A DNA stretch of 64,000 nucleotides, from positions 7,998,001 to 8,062,000 of the forward strand of contig OX597824.1 of NCBI GenBank assembly GCA_951406725.2. Reading direction: 5' to 3'. The translations under genes were made by a program, and so were the position numbers. The notes below the pieces were generated by a model. That model did no database searches. It worked only from the letters and a program-made list of their open reading frames with translations, and was not told where the DNA came from. This stretch comes from Octopus vulgaris. Taxonomy: Eukaryota. Shown here in pieces: positions 24,818 to 39,749 of the stretch (position 1 is its first letter; each line of letters opens with the position of its first letter).

Positions 24818-27699
24818 CACACACGACAGGCGTTGATGATGATGATGGCAGAGACTAGGCTGCTCTAGGCCCGGTTTCTCATATTTTCTCTATCTCTCTG
24901 ATGAAATAAAACGAAAGGAAAACTAAAAAAAACAAATCCACTCATTTTCCTGCGTAAACAGTCTTTAATTTTTTGCTCTCTTTAATTGTTCATTGACATT
25001 TAAGGCAAATTGGCTTCAATAATTTCTTGCCGCTGTCTTCGTGCCTCTTTCTATATCTTTAATATTAAACTACTACTATATTATGCAGCAGATTCTGGTC
25101 CCATCCTGCGTAGCTTTTCAATAGTCCTTTTAAAAACGGTTGTTGTTTAACGCCAGGTCAACGATCATTAAGCAGTTCTACGGCCAAAGGCATTCTAGTC
25201 TTGACCATCCTGTCTTTTAGTGGTGGGATGGGTGTCTTTGACTACATTGTATCCTAGAGTATCCTTCCTTTTTTATTTTATTTTATTTCTTTGTAAAGAT
25301 GTAAAAAGGCGTCCAGTCAAAGTTGTTTTATCCCATTATAGTTTAACATCAATAAACGCTAATCGCCATATGCTGTTTCGTGACAAGCTATTTTGGGTTT
25401 AAACTTTCCTTAGGGTCATCTTTGCCCCCTTTTCATCCGCACAACATTCATCATCATCATCATCATCAAATATCCATTTTCTGTTTCATTGCTAATTCGA
25501 ATTTAGTTGCATTCATCTTGGATAGTTTTAGCTCTACTGACACGAAAGAATCGGGGACAGAACACGGAGACGACCCAGTAACTCAAAATGACATAAATGG
25601 AACTGGAAACCGGATCACCGAGTCTTGTTCAAAGTGTGCTTAGCTGTTATTTCTAGCAAGCCGGGTTGGTTCATTTTAAAAGGCGTTTATATTGTAAGGG
25701 TATAATTATATCTTATATATATATATATGTATATATATGCGGTATATCCTTAGCTATGTAATAATGACTGACATTTGGGGAGTTTCTTGGTAGCTCTCAT
25801 CTTAACTCACCATATATCTGAGTCAAAACTGCTCCTCTATTTTACCGTTCTGTTGATTTTTCTTACTGCCTTTTCGTTCTATTTTCCTTTTTTTCATTAT
25901 ATTCTTTTTTCACCCATGAGAAATTTTCCCTCTTCTTTTTATTAATCAAAGGTTTTTCAGCAACTGCAGAAACAAAGCTTTTTATCGCATGCTCCGCATA
26001 CCTGGCGATCACGCTTGTCTCATTAACATGAGAAAATTGTTGGCAGACAAACTACTGTATTATAAAAATTGGGTGTAACACACTTATGTAGCTATAATTC
26101 CTTTTCGTCTTTCTTCCTAGATACATTTTTTTTTGTCTTTTTTTACGTTTTGTATCAGTCTCCAATGATGATATTTTTTCCCGTCAGTCTGAGTTCAAAT
26201 CCCGCCGAGGTCGACTTTGCCTTTCATCCTTTCGGGGTCGATTAAATAAGTACCAGTTACGCAGTGGGGTCGATATAATCGACTTGACCCGTTTGTCTGT
26301 CCTTGTTTCTCCCCTCTGTGTTTATCCCCTTGTGAGTAGTAAAGAAATAGGTATTTTTTCCCTTCAGTTCAAATGATGAACTGACACCTTAAGCAATGAA
26401 TTCGTGCGAATTTGAGTTACCGGTGAGACAAATTCAACGATCCGGTTTCCAATTCCGTGTATGCTATTTGATCTTCCAATTGTGTTCCTGTCAACAGGGT
26501 TTAATCAATCGGTGATGAATGAATTTAAATGAATTCGAAATTGCTATAAAAAAATGGACATTTTAATGATAGTTGTACTTTTTAAAAGAGACAAAGATGT
26601 CCCCAAGAAAAGTTTAAGCTCCTAATGTTAGTTATGAAATAACATGTGGTAAAAATGTGTGGCTTTTTTTCTTCTTCTTGTTAGTGGCAGGGTAGTTGGG
26701 GTACCGTCTGTGGAAATTGATGAGTGAGCATATTTGACAATTTTGTGGTTTTGTGAAGTGGCGGAATATAGTTGAAGGAATCGAACATTTTGTTACCGGA
26801 ATTGATTTTTATCACGGTTGGGATTCGTAGGACAGAAATGAGGGTGGACTGTTGGTATAGCTATCAGTATTCGAGAGTAAAATTTTAACATTTTGGGCGA
26901 AAAGCAGTCTTTCAGAACTACAAGCAGTTCCCGTTGTATGAAGCACAGGAACACTACAGAAAAAGAAAAGAAAAAAACCCACCCAATTCCTTGCTCTTTT
27001 CCTTCCTGTCAGGTAGTGATAGCTGTTCCAGAACTCCGCCAAAATAAAATAAGTACAGTAAAGCAATGTTTAAGCTGTAGACCCTATTTTATCAAGATCA
27101 TCTCAATTATAATGTATTTTCGATACCTATTATCTAGTATTCTACTGATTCGATAGCAGTCTTGTATGCTTTTATGGCCATGCCTTGAAGAAATTCCGGT
27201 TGAGAATCGATAGTCAAACCGGCTAATTTTCAAAGCTTTGCTCTTCGTCACGCTGTTAGTTTTTGCCGACTGGAATGGCTTCTGCTGCTACAACAACCAC
27301 TCCTGTTCATTCTAAGCTAGCTAGTAATTAATTTACCAGGCGGATTTTCGGAATAACCACCCGTTACGGGTGTGCGTGCTTACTCTGAAATTCTGCGGGA
27401 TTCCAACTATGTCAACGAGGAAGCATCTAACTGCCGTTAGACTCCTTAAAGGGTCAAATCAACCCCAAATCATTCAGCTGTCCTTTTGAATTAAGTGGGA
27501 CTCGTTGGATGTATTTTGCTTAACTAAAAGCTGTATTGCTTTTAACTGTTTCGGATCACTTGTTAATCTACCTTTCGTTTGTCCCTGCTGTCTTTCACCT
27601 TGGAGGAAAGAGCTGTTCTCAAGACCTTCGCAAACCCTCAACCCTTTCCTCCGAGACCATTATGATCGATGTGGTTGCCGTTCTCCTTCAGTGGACATT

Positions 27700-28275
27700 T
27701 GACAGCTTCACGAAAAACGTGAAGAGGGAGGGTATTCAAGCGAAGAGGCGTTTTCGAGAGCAAGTAGCAGTGACGTAGCACAGGGTATGCGGACTACACT
27801 TGACAGTTAGCAATTAGGTCAGCGATGAATTTTAGCCTGAAGGTAGGGGTCCATCGAGGCTTGGTCCTTTCTCCTCTCTCTCTCCGCCACCTTCATTGTA
27901 GTCGTACAGGCCATCACAGCTGAGTTGTTACCACCTGTCTGTGAGAACTCTTTATGTGCTGATGGTCTTGTTCTTATAGTTTAATCTGAAGTAGAGTTAG
28001 AGAAGAAATTTCAGGTATGGAAGTAAAACCTGTGTGTGCTTTCTACAAGTTCAAAAGCGTGTCATGTTCACCGCGTAAGACTACTAAAAAAAGAAAAAGA
28101 AAACACGTTCCACCACTAGGAGGAATGACTGGGTGGAGTGGAAATGGCCACTACGCGTGACGAGAGTCGGGTGGACCTAAACGAAAGTGGCACGTGATCA
28201 GCTATCTCCGAAGAAGTGAGACCGCAGTAATAACGGCAGAAGAGGTGGAAAGATTGGGAGAACAGAACGTTGCAG
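27700..28275 (-). mobile_element. Highly degenerate CR1-group LINE 3' fragments
   Basis: Minus-strand segment reads ~FHLFCRYYCGLTSSEIA, resembling the 'SLFYRYY.G.CSSEL' C-terminal motif of CR1-like RTs. Confidence 0.4.
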
Positions 28276-28576
28276 TTCGTATTTGTGGCAAGATTATCAT
28301 TTGTATGGTGTTAGAGGGTCCTCTCCGTCCTAAATTTACAGTTGTTTCTAAAATGGAATCTATTATTTTACTGTGAGAAGGAAGAGAACTAACGTTTCTG
28401 ATAGAATCCTGCATCAGAGTTCCGGTGGTTAATGATAGATATTCAGTAAACGTCATCTATCTGACGGAAAGTCCCATCTGAAGCGTTCGACTTGACTTCC
28501 TCCACCGTATCCTCATCATCATTTTTACGTCCATTTTAACCATGCTTGCATTGTTCAAACGGTATTCGTTGAGGAA

Positions 28577-28809
28577 TACCAGCGAGCTGGCAGAATCATT
28601 AGCACGCCGGGCGAAATGCTTAGCAGTATTTCGTCTTGCCGCTACGTTCTGAGTTCAAATTCCGCCGAGGTCGACTTTGCCTTTCATCCTTTCGGGGTCG
28701 ATAAAATTAAGTACCAGTTACGCACTGGGGTCGATATAATCGACTTAATCCGTTTTCTGTCTTTGTTTGTCCCCTCTGTGTTTAGCCCCTTGTGGGTAGT
28801 AAAGAAATA
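28577..28809 (+). mobile_element. SINE family B with 16-bp TSD, nested in an older repeat
   Basis: GGTATTCGTTGAGGAA at 28561-28576 and 28810-28825. Confidence 0.85.
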
Positions 28810-30800
28810 GGTATTCGTTGAGGAAGATTTTCTACGGCCGGATAATACCCTTCCTGTCGCCAACCAAAATCACCTGTTTCCATAGCCGGACATCTTTACC
28901 CGAAAGATTGAAAACGAAGGCCACCACTTAAAATGCCGGTGTCACTCGCTTACAACTACCACATGTCAAGAAAACGAGTCACATGACTTGTTTCTTTCAC
29001 TTTGTCTACAAAATCCGTTCGCAAGGGTTTGGTCGACCCGAGGCTAAAGAAAAGTGCCACATACAAGGACTGAACCCGAAACCATGTGCTTGAGAAACAA
29101 TCTTAGCCACAGTGTCCAACTTCCTCCCCAAGGCAAAATAATTTATTCAGTTATGCAAAGTTGTATTCATTTGAATTTCCGACATAAACCATCGCTAGTT
29201 CCCCCAGGTTTTACTCAATCACTGCTGTTGTTGCGTTGCCAGTTAAATGTGCAGTTAACCTCGATCATGGCAAAATTTCCGGTTCTGTATCTTATTGAAC
29301 GCCTCTTGCAGTAATTACGTTCCGTTTCTTTTATACGATGCACGAGTATTATTAGGTTAGGGAATTCGTTTCACAATGTTTTCCTAATCGGCCCCACGGC
29401 ACCTTCAGTTAGCGTTTCCTATCCCATAGCCTCGAGCCTTGTAAATGGAACTTGGGATTCATAGAAACCATAATATCAGTCGAACAGATTTTATCTGCTT
29501 TATCAGGGACCAGTGTCCACACTTTCATTCATCGAAAAGAAACACCCGTTTATCGAAATCTCCGAGTCTCATTGCTTCGACACATCTATTGTCTTGTCTT
29601 CTCTCTCACTCTCTCCATCTCTCTCTTCTTTTTTTCTCTCTCTGTCTCTTTCTGCTTCACCTATCTCCTACTCTCTCTCTCTCTCTTTCTCACTTCCTCC
29701 TCTCTTTCTTTTTTTCGCGTTTCCTCTATTTCTTTGTCTCGGTTTTTTTTTCTCTGACCACTCCTCTCTCGCTCTTTCTTCCTACATCTCTCCTCTTTCG
29801 TTTTCCAGACACTCTCCCCCCCCCCCCGCCTGCACCCTCTTCTCTTGTACTCTCATGTTCTACGTCTCTGACTAATTCAGTGAGTGTACACCAACCCAAA
29901 ATCCTCGAATAACCAAATTAATGGTTAGTTACACTCACCTGACCAAATGGCTGTGAGTGTGAGTGTGTGTGTTTGTGCGCATGCATCACTCAGTGTGTGT
30001 GTGTGTGTGTTAGTCACTTCGAGTAAGGTACTCTGACAGTGCTTATACCTCTGCCTCCTCCTCTCTTCTTTCTCTCTTAAATATTTTATTTCCTCTTAAG
30101 TGGTGTGTGTTATATTAGTATTTATGAACAGTAGATAGTCTGTGTATACGGGGTGTGTTTGTTTCGTATGTATGTACATGTAGACGCAGGCATGTCCGGG
30201 TTGGATGACTAAGAAGTTCAATTAGCTATCGCGAATTATCAAGTTCGATCCCGTGCGTGGGCGTCATGGCCCGATGTGTTTTACAATTCGCCTCGCTTCT
30301 AACCCAACCTTTGTGGGTGAAACCCGACTTACGGAAACTACGAGGAAACTTGTCGAATTGAATTCCCAGACACTCGTTTATAATTCAATGAGTAAGATAG
30401 GTATTGTTCAGTTTGTCATACAAATGGTGTGGTCATCGTCCAACCGACGGAGTTTCATTTCCTTATATAAATACAATGTGTGTATATTCTTAATTCACAT
30501 TAGTCGCCGAACATCTTGAGTCGTTTGGCTAATTTGACTGGTTACCTTGACTACCAGCTTAAGGGAGTGGAATTCACCGATCGTAAATATCACTCCCCCG
30601 TCTCCTTCACCGCTATCTCTGGTGACAGTTCACCAAATACCACCGTGTGTGAATACCTGACAACATTCTCCATACTCCATTCATATACCACCCACTTCGA
30701 CATTGTCGTTTAGATAAACTTTGTTTTGTCAAATCGTGAACGAAGCTCGAGTTTTTCTTTCTCTTCCTATTTCTCTCGCTTTTGAATTTACGACTCGATT

Positions 30801-30839
<39 letters not shown>

Positions 30840-32989
30840 CGATCATACACACACACATTCCAGGCGGTGACATGTTCACTGAAGCTATGTCTGGTCACTT
30901 ACAATAAAGAGAAAGTGTCCGATTTTCTGGACCTTGGTTTCGAAGCTTCTTATAATCCGCAGGAATTTCAGATTCCCGCGCTTGCCTGTCTAATTTACTG
31001 GTGCCTTACACTGTACCGTATTTATATTAATGTTCAGTTATCTGTAATTCACTGGATTAATTAATCTTTAGATTTAATTTAATATTTGTTTACTTCAGAG
31101 GTCAGCTATCCTGGTTCGAAACGAATCACTTATCCGGAGAGGCTTTTAGAACTAAAGGTTTAAAAACAAATCTATATTGTATGTGTGCGTGTGTGTAGTA
31201 CTAGGCTTACAAAGAATAAGTCCTGGGGTGGCGGTGCTCCAGCATGGCCGTAGTCAAATGACTGAAACACAGGAACACACACACACACGCATGGTGGATA
31301 TCCGTTGTTCGTCAGAAAGGATCGAACTGTTCGATCAGCTGAATTACCTGCTCTTGAATTAGCTTTTAATTGGCCGAGCAATTCGACGGCCACGTGTGTT
31401 CCTTAACAGATTTCTCAAGCCAAGTATGACAGCGACAGCACTGCACACTTTTTGAATTAGAGGGACAGTCCATCCAACGAGCTTCTCTCTGCAGTTGATT
31501 TATTTCTGTATTTCTCGAAGCTCTCAGCTTTTGTATTTATTATCGATCGGTATTTCATATAGTCACAGGAACGGACTTCTACCTGGTTGCTTGTTCTGCT
31601 AAAAATATCAGCCAAATCTTGCTTAAATAACACTCTTAGGACTTCTACCTCTTTACCTTTTACCTGTTTCAGTCATTGAATTACAGCCATGCTGGGGCAC
31701 CGCTCTGAAGGGTTTAGTCGAAGTAAATTGTCCCCAGTATCCATTTTTAAACCGAGAACCTATTCTGTGTCTAGATTACAGGGATGTAAGCAAACCAACA
31801 CACACATACACCCTATGTGTGTGTCTGTGTCACTCAGGTTCTCTCTTCCAAATCCACTCTCAAGACATTAGTCAGCCCAGGGCTATCGTACGAGATCTTA
31901 TGCCCAAATGCCATGCAGTGGGGTTTGAACCAACCCACAACTTCGTGCTTTCAAAGCAAGCTTCTTATTTGCATAACTATAGCCTGCATGCAATACTGGG
32001 CTCGAGGCCAGAATACTTTATATCGTTGGTCTGCTGGATCAAAACTGACTCAGGGTTGAACATCCACAATAACAAATATATCAAACGGGAAATCTAACTC
32101 CATTGAGGATATTTAAAGTTTAACTCGTCATCACCGATTAACGTCTTTAGTCATTCATCAACCGCATTTTATACAGGAAGCATATTGTTCCATCTAGAGA
32201 TATGTACGTCTCTATATTTACTGTTAATGGTTAAATGCCGCAAATTAGGAAAACGAGGCAGTCCTTTCGGTTATTTTCGAAGTATGGTATCGCGTGAGAG
32301 AAGATAAAACAAAAATCTTCCTTGTTGTTGCCTCAGAGATATTTCAAGTATGAGACTATTTCTGTGGACATCTGGGGTTTATTTATTTCTGGGATGGTTT
32401 TGTTATCACTCTTTTTCTCTTCTTTATTTTTTTTTTGTTTTTTTTTTGTAAGAACCCTTCCCCCACTTTTTTCCTAAAGGAAGAATTGTGTGGATTTGTA
32501 CAGAGCCAACCCTTGGATTCTCAAGATTCCAGCGTTACTTAAACAAAAAGACAAAAAAAAAAAGAAATGAAGAAATGTAACAGTTGGAGCCCCATCCTCA
32601 CTCCCCAAAACGGTCATCATCCCCACCCCCAAGAAAATTGCTAAATGCTTCAAATATTTCTTTGGTGTTGGTGGACTTGTTTGGCAAGTCATGTGACTTG
32701 GCTTTAGATTCTATGTTGAATCTGAAACAGTTGCATTGTGGGTAGGTAATCATGTAAGGTGTTTAACACACATTCATAAATACATACATACACACCCATC
32801 CCCATGTGTGTATGTTATTCCTCAATGTCCAGGTATAGCCAGGTACTTCCAGGTTCAATATCCATCACATGGCATCTCAGACAAGCATTTTTTCCCTTTT
32901 TTTTGTCTGTATTCTTGAATTGTGCTGAACCTTATAAATGGAATTTTGTAACCAGAAACTGTAGAAACCATGTTCATATACATTTCTGT

Positions 32990-33450
32990 TTCCAATGCAT
33001 TTCCATTCTTCCCTTGACAGCACCCCTTTCCATCTAGGCCCGAATTGTTTGACACTATGTCATCTTCTGTTTGTCTTGGAGATCTTCCATGTTGTCTCTT
33101 CCAGGACCCCACTCAACACAACTGCGCAGGTCCACCTGTTGTCTGTGAACCTTGTGACATGTCTGGTCCGACAGAATTTTTGCTTTTGGTATTCCATCGT
33201 CACCTCATTCACCCCTCTCTGTTCTTGAATTACCTCGTTTTGGAAAAAGCTTCTACAACAATATTCCCAGCATGAATCCTTCCATGACCCTCTCTGTCAT
33301 GGCCAGTTACTGTTCTTTCTTCTTCAAAATAAACTACATCTCACTTGTGTATAATAGTGTAGGTAGGACAATGGTATTGAAGAGCTTGACACCCAGGCTT
33401 GCCCAGTTTTGCTTTCAGTACATCTTTAATTAAAACAAATGCCTTCAATT
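32990..33450 (-). mobile_element. RTE-clade LINE RT C-terminal relic
   Basis: IKDVLKAKLGK...KLFNTIVLPTLLYTSE...KKKEQ*LAMTERVME...GHVTRFTDNRWT, resembling RTE 'LF...VLP.LLYGSE.W...GHV.R..D.RW'. Confidence 0.7.
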
Positions 33451-34076
33451 AGAGTGGAAAGTATTTGTATCGATTTCTAGTAAAAAAGAATATTTTCAGT
33501 TCACCCTCATCAAAAAGTAACTTAGCCATTTGATAAATAGGGATTGATAAAATAAAAATGTTGCAAACCAGATACAAAAACAAAGATAAAATATGTACCA
33601 GATTGAAATTATTACTGGAATCAATATGATAGAATTCAAAAGAAAAAATTTCCAAAAGGAAAATAACCTCAAAATCCAAACTACGGCCATGCTGGAGCTC
33701 AGTGACAGACCAGTATGTGTATGAAGTCTTTTGTTGTGTTCGAAACAGCTGCTTAATAATGAAATGTTGTTAAATCTCTCCAAATACTTGGTTGTTTATT
33801 AAACAATTAAGCAGTGTGTATTGGTCACAAATGGGTTAACTTCTTTCAAAATCTTTTTTTCTCTCCATTGTCCCCTCCCTGTTCTGGCCATCATGTTCCA
33901 GTTTTTGAACATATTGTTTAGAGATTTCTTTTGTCTTTGAGCAGATGGCTCTCATTTTGGCAGAAGTAAAGAAAGATCAGAGAGAAAGATTAAGCTTCTA
34001 GAGTGAGCAGATTCAATGACTGCAGGATTCCATGCCCTCCTAACTCTCTCCCTCCCTCCCTCTCTCTCTCTCTCTT

Positions 34077-34122
<46 letters not shown>

Positions 34123-34981
34123 CATTGTTCCCATGACTAAGGTGATAATAGTAATGAAAATTTCTTGACTAAGAAATTAGCTTTGCAACCACATGGCTTT
34201 GGGTTCAATCCCTTTCTACTGGAAGCACAAGGCCTCAAATTTGTGGGGAAGGGACAAGTCGACATTGACCCCACTTTTTACACTGGTACTTAATTTATCG
34301 ACCCCGAAAGGATGAAAGGCAATGTTGACCTCGGTGGAATTTGAACTCAGAATGTAGCAATGGAAGAAATACCAATAAGCATTTTGCCCGGTGTGCTAAT
34401 GATTCTGCCAGCTCGCCGCTTCATTTGGGTTCAATCCCACTGCATGGCACCTTGGATAAGTGTCTTCTATTATAACCTCAAACTAACCAGTGTGTTGTGG
34501 GTGGATTTGGCAGATTAAAATTGCATAAAGTCTGTTGTGTGTGTGTGAGTGTGTGTGTGTGCATGTCATGTTTGTCCCTCCATGGCTTGACAGCCAATAC
34601 TGGTTTGTTTAAGTCCCCATAACTTAGCAGTTCAGTGAAAGAGAACAACAGAATAAGTACTAGACTTAAACATGTAAGTACTAGTGTTGATTTGTTCGAT
34701 GAGCACCTTCAAGGTGGTGCTCCAGCATGGTCGCAGTCCAATAGCTGAAACAAGTAAAAATAAAAAGCAGATTTACTTCACTGTTAAGGCCAGGGACTCC
34801 TGCTGCACAAAAACTTAGCAGCAAAGTAGGTGTTAGCATATTTGATGCATCACTCTCCTTAAAATCGTCACCAACCCAACTACCGTTCATCTCCAATGGT
34901 TCTGTAGAATTATTGGAAATTGCTTCTAAGTTTATTTTTCATATGTTGAGAAATCATTAGCAAGAGAGTAATCCTTTTATC

Positions 34982-35136
34982 CTTTTACTTGTTTCAGTCA
35001 TTTTGACTGTGGCCATGCTGGAGCACCACTTTTAGTTGAGCAAATCAACCCCAGGACTTATTCTTTGTACGCCTAGTACTTATTCTAAGTTACGGGGATG
35101 TAAACGCACCACCATCGGTTGTCAAGCGATGTTGGG

Positions 35137-35212
<76 letters not shown>

Positions 35213-35363
35213 GACGAGCTTCTTTGAGTATCTGTCTACCAAATCCACTCACGAGGCTTTGGTCAGCCCGAGGCTATAGTAGAGGACACTTGCCCAAAGT
35301 GCCATGCAGTGGGACTGAACCCGGAACCAGGTGGTTGGTAAGCAAACTACTTACCACACAGCC
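34982..35363 (-). mobile_element. SINE family A (minus), inverted relative to the copy at ~34170-34762
   Basis: Reverse complement of the family A sequence. Confidence 0.85.
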
Positions 35364-37407
35364 AATTCTTTTATTTTTTTTTTCATGAGATAAAGTCCTT
35401 AAAATCTCTGGTAGACATGGATAGCACTATTTCATCCTCTTTCTGGACTCTTCAGCATGATATAACTTGAGATTTTGACATAAGTTAATCTAAATTCATT
35501 TAAAAATTAAAACTGAACAATTTCATTCTTTTTTTCTTCTTCTAACAACAATGGAAAAAATAAATGATAAACACAAGATTACAACACAAAGGTGTTATCA
35601 ATAAACTAAATACCTGAACATTGGAGTTCTTTATCAGGACTACCATTACAGGAAGTTAAAAACCAAAGATCAAAGTTATTTTATACTTCTTGTTTCAGTC
35701 CCTAGACTGCAGCCATGCTGAGGTACCCCCCTTAGTCAATCAAACTGGCCCCAGTTCTTATTTTTAAGCCTGGTGCTTATTGTTTATTCAAATGGAAAAC
35801 TTTATCATCACCACTTTACAAAAGAGGTCAAATAAGAATGAAACCTGTCCTGAGTTGTCGCCCTTGCTTGCCAGAATGAAAGTGCTATTTCTGGTAGGTC
35901 AGCCAACTACTGAGTGACTTTCGTGTTAGTTGGTTGGTATTTTATGCTGCATGCGGTAAGCTGGCAGAATCGTTAGTATGTTGGGCTTTGCCCATCTTTA
36001 ATTCTGAGTTCAAATTCTGCTGAGGTTGACTTTGTCTTTCATCCTTTCAGAGTTGATAAATTAAGTACCATGGAAACGCTGGGGGTCGATGTAATCGACT
36101 AGTCCCCTCCCCGCCAAAATTGTGCCTTGTACCTATGATAAGAGAGGATTATCATTATTATTATACATTCTTCCTGGCAAAGAGGAGTTCAAAAAGAAGT
36201 ATGTCTGACTACCCAGAATAAAGCACTCAAACACAAGTCTGAGAGTGAATAAAAAATATTTGATCCATAATCGTTAGTGTGACCAAACAAAAAACCCATT
36301 CTGTTTCATCTTTGGCTCATCGTGAACAGATTTAACTTCTTTCATCTTCCCTTGGTGTATTATCTCTTCTAATTTACTAATATATATCATCATCATCATT
36401 TAATGTCCGTGTTCCATGCTAGCATGGGTGGGACGGTTCTACAAAAGCCAGCCAAGCCGAAACCTGCACCAGACTTCTGTGGCTGTTTTGGCAAGATTTT
36501 TACAGCTGGATGCTCTTCCTAACCACTCAGCAAAGTGGACTTAGTGCTTTTAAGTGGCACCTGCACTGACAGCTTCACCAAGTACTTGCTTTTTTACATG
36601 GCACTAGTTTTAGCATGGTTTTTACAGCTGGATGCCCTTCCGAACACCAACCACTTTACAGTGTGGACAGGGTGCTTTTAAGTGGCACATGTACTGACAG
36701 GGTCACCTGTACTGACAGGGTCACCAAGTACTTGCAAGATATAAAAGCAAAAATTTTAAGAGGGGAGGAGGTGATAAGGAATAGGTTATAGTGAAACTGA
36801 TACAGGTGTCTTGTTGTGAAGGAAGTTCAAGGTTACCTGGCCAGAGAGAGAAAGATCAGGAATGAAGACAGAAACAGGTGTACTACCACAAAGAAAATAC
36901 ACAGTTGCCCAACCCAAGGGAAGTACAGGAGAATGAGAGAGAGTGTGGGAGACAGCAGTGTAGAGATAGTGGCAAAATGGCAGGCATACTCACAAGGAAT
37001 AAGGATCAGAATAGAAATGGGATGGTTGAGTAAAGGAAGTGAGAGGTATAGACAGTGGCAAGTGCCAGGGTATATACCCTTGAGGTTCAAATGCCATAAT
37101 ACAAGTGGCAGGATATTGCGAAGGGAGTGTGATTAAAGGGTATGAGCAATTAGTGAGAGACCTGGGTATATATAGAGTGGGGGTGGGGGCTACCAGATAG
37201 CAATGATACAGAGGCCTGGGTGTGAGGGCAGGATTGGGGAGTGAGAGGAAGGCATAGTCAATGAAGGAGGAAATGTGAGGAAGGGAAGAGATGTGGAGGT
37301 GTGGGTTGTTTTGTTGGGGTAGGTTGAGGGAAAAGTTTGCTTGTTATGTTTGGGTGGAACACCCAGGTCAGTGGGGGCAAGCAGATAGCAATAATAGAGC
37401 TGGCATG

Positions 37408-37449
<42 letters not shown>

Positions 37450-37788
37450 CATGCCCTGTCATCATCATATAACGTCCATTGTCCATGCTGGCATGGGTTC
37501 GATGGTTTGACCAGGGCTGGTAAGCCAAGGGGCTGCGCCGGGCTCCAGTCTGATTTGGTATGATTTCTGCAGCTAGATGCCCTTCCTAACACTAAACACT
37601 TCAAGAGTGTAATTGGTGCTTTTACATGTCACCTGCACAGATGCCAATTACATGACACCAGTATCTGCCACGACATATATACATACATACATACATATAT
37701 ATATACTAAAATTATTTTACCCTCCCTTCATTTGAAAAATCTTTTTGATAAATATTGCAAGTGGTGTAGCACTAAGTTTAGACTTAAA

Positions 37789-38180
37789 CTAGCAGTATCG
37801 CCCGGCGTTGCTCGGGTTTGTTTCAACCCTTTAGAATTGGAATTTTTGAAAAGTAAAAATTTTGCATTATGTAGCTTGTTTTTCTCTTTAAGTGAACATT
37901 TTTCTGGTTGAAATACACTGAAAAATGGTGACACAGCAGTCAAAAAATCGTAAAAAATAGGGATTTTCATAGAAAAAAAGCACCTTTTTTCTGTAAATAA
38001 TTTTTGGTGTTAACATGGTCCGATTTGAATTTTTTCTTCTACGGAATGAAGAGCAAGCTTTCTTCTATCGTACTCTCAATTTTGGTCAACTTGCGCTGTA
38101 GGGTTTTTGAGGAGATAGTGTTAGTTGAAGGCTACCAAACCTGCCGTACACAGACAACTTCAGCTTTATATAGAGAGAGA
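37789..38180 (-). mobile_element. Non-autonomous Helitron-like element, copy 3
   Basis: Minus strand A|TCTCTCTCTATATAAAG...CCCGAGCAACGCCGGGCGATACTG-CTAG|T. Confidence 0.75.
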
Positions 38181-39749
38181 TTTATAGTTTTACATCTGTC
38201 TACAAAATGGAATCAAATATTTGCTGTGATGGTCTTTTGTTTTACACGCTGCCAATACATCCGCCAAAGTTTGCATCATGGCTCACCACAAATCTCCAAT
38301 AATATTATGACTAAGGTGGTGAGCTGGCAGAAACATTAGCACACCGGGTGAAATGTTTAGCAGTACTTCGTCTGTCTTTACGTTCTGAGTTCAAATTCCA
38401 CTGAGGTCGACTTTACCTTTATTTCTTTCGGGATTGATAAATTAATTACCAGTTGTGTACTGGGGTCGATCTAATCAACTGGCCCCTCCCCCAAAATTTC
38501 GGGCCTTGTGCCTTAGAGTAGAAAAGAATAATTCTATGACTGGTTTCCTCTGCAAAGGAGTGAATCACCCGAAATATAAGAAAATAATCAATAAATTCTC
38601 TCCTCACAATATATGAAGTTCTCTGTATTATTTTATCTTTCTTTAATTTTTTCTTTTTTTTCTTTCAGTGTTTCTTTCTTCTTTCATTTTTTCTTTCTTT
38701 CATTTTCTCTTCCTTTCATTTTCTCTTCTTCCTTTTCTTTTTCCTCTCTTTTCCTTTTACTTTCTCTTTCTCTTAACTCATCCACATTTTGTTGTTTAAC
38801 TGCTAATCAGTTTCCAATTAAGTTGGTTAATGACTAGCGACATTCCAGCCATGACCATCCTGTCTTTGACATGTACACACACACACACACACACACACAC
38901 TCTCATATGTTTGTTTTTATGTCAAATTCTGCATAAAAACAACTTTTAATGGTAAACTGAAGGATTACCCAATATTTCTAAGCAGAATGCATATTTTTTA
39001 CTTTTTACGGTTGGTGGTGAATGTTCTGCCTTCATCAGACAGTCACATGACTGTGAGCAAACCACATTGGCTCAACGAAAACTTCACTTTTGCAAGTTGA
39101 TAGCTAATTGGACATCTAAGGTAGAACCCATTAAATGGAATTCTACTTTTGACCATTCTTCTTATATCGCTTTACTTTTTTTCCTTTTGTCTTTGTTGAA
39201 GATCTGTTAGAGACGATAAAGATTCCTGGTTTAGTGGGGAATAAAGACCGAATCAATATGGGTTCCAGAACAGATTGCCAAAACCGGAAGCAATTATTCA
39301 CGCTTGAGAATGTCAAAAATGCTGCTTCATCATGTTGGAATTAATCCAAAGGAAAACCTTTGTTGCCAAAATTGTATTCAATTCATCCCTTACCATATTT
39401 GAAAGGCTTCAGATATTACAACAGGAAGTTGTGTTAGTGTGCATCTGTGTGTGTCTGTGGGTTTCCATGGGTTAGGGAGAGAAGGATGGCTAAAGCCCCA
39501 TGACCCCTTTTTAAATTAGAAAAAAGGTAGTTATACTCAGAGAACCTCTTCTGAATGCTGAGAGAATCTAAGGTCTAGGTGGGTATCAGGGTAGTTAAAC
39601 TGGATGTTGCATTAAATCTACCCCCAAGTACAGACAGACCTCATTGTCATTATATAACATCCGCTTTCTTCTGGGGGTAGAAGTTATTTGGTTCAACAGG
39701 ATCTGATAAGTTGAACACCCTTATCTTCTTCTAATGACTCAGATTTATG

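Noticed and set aside
24895-24925. CTGATGA...GAAA hammerhead-like cores (also ~39005-39045 minus, ~10462-10490 minus, ~56800-56835 minus)
   Set aside because: Stems II and/or I and III do not form.
39200-39345. Candidate second exon after a pyrimidine tract
   Set aside because: The phase-0 frame stops at once, and the open frame has no EF-hand or CH-domain similarity.
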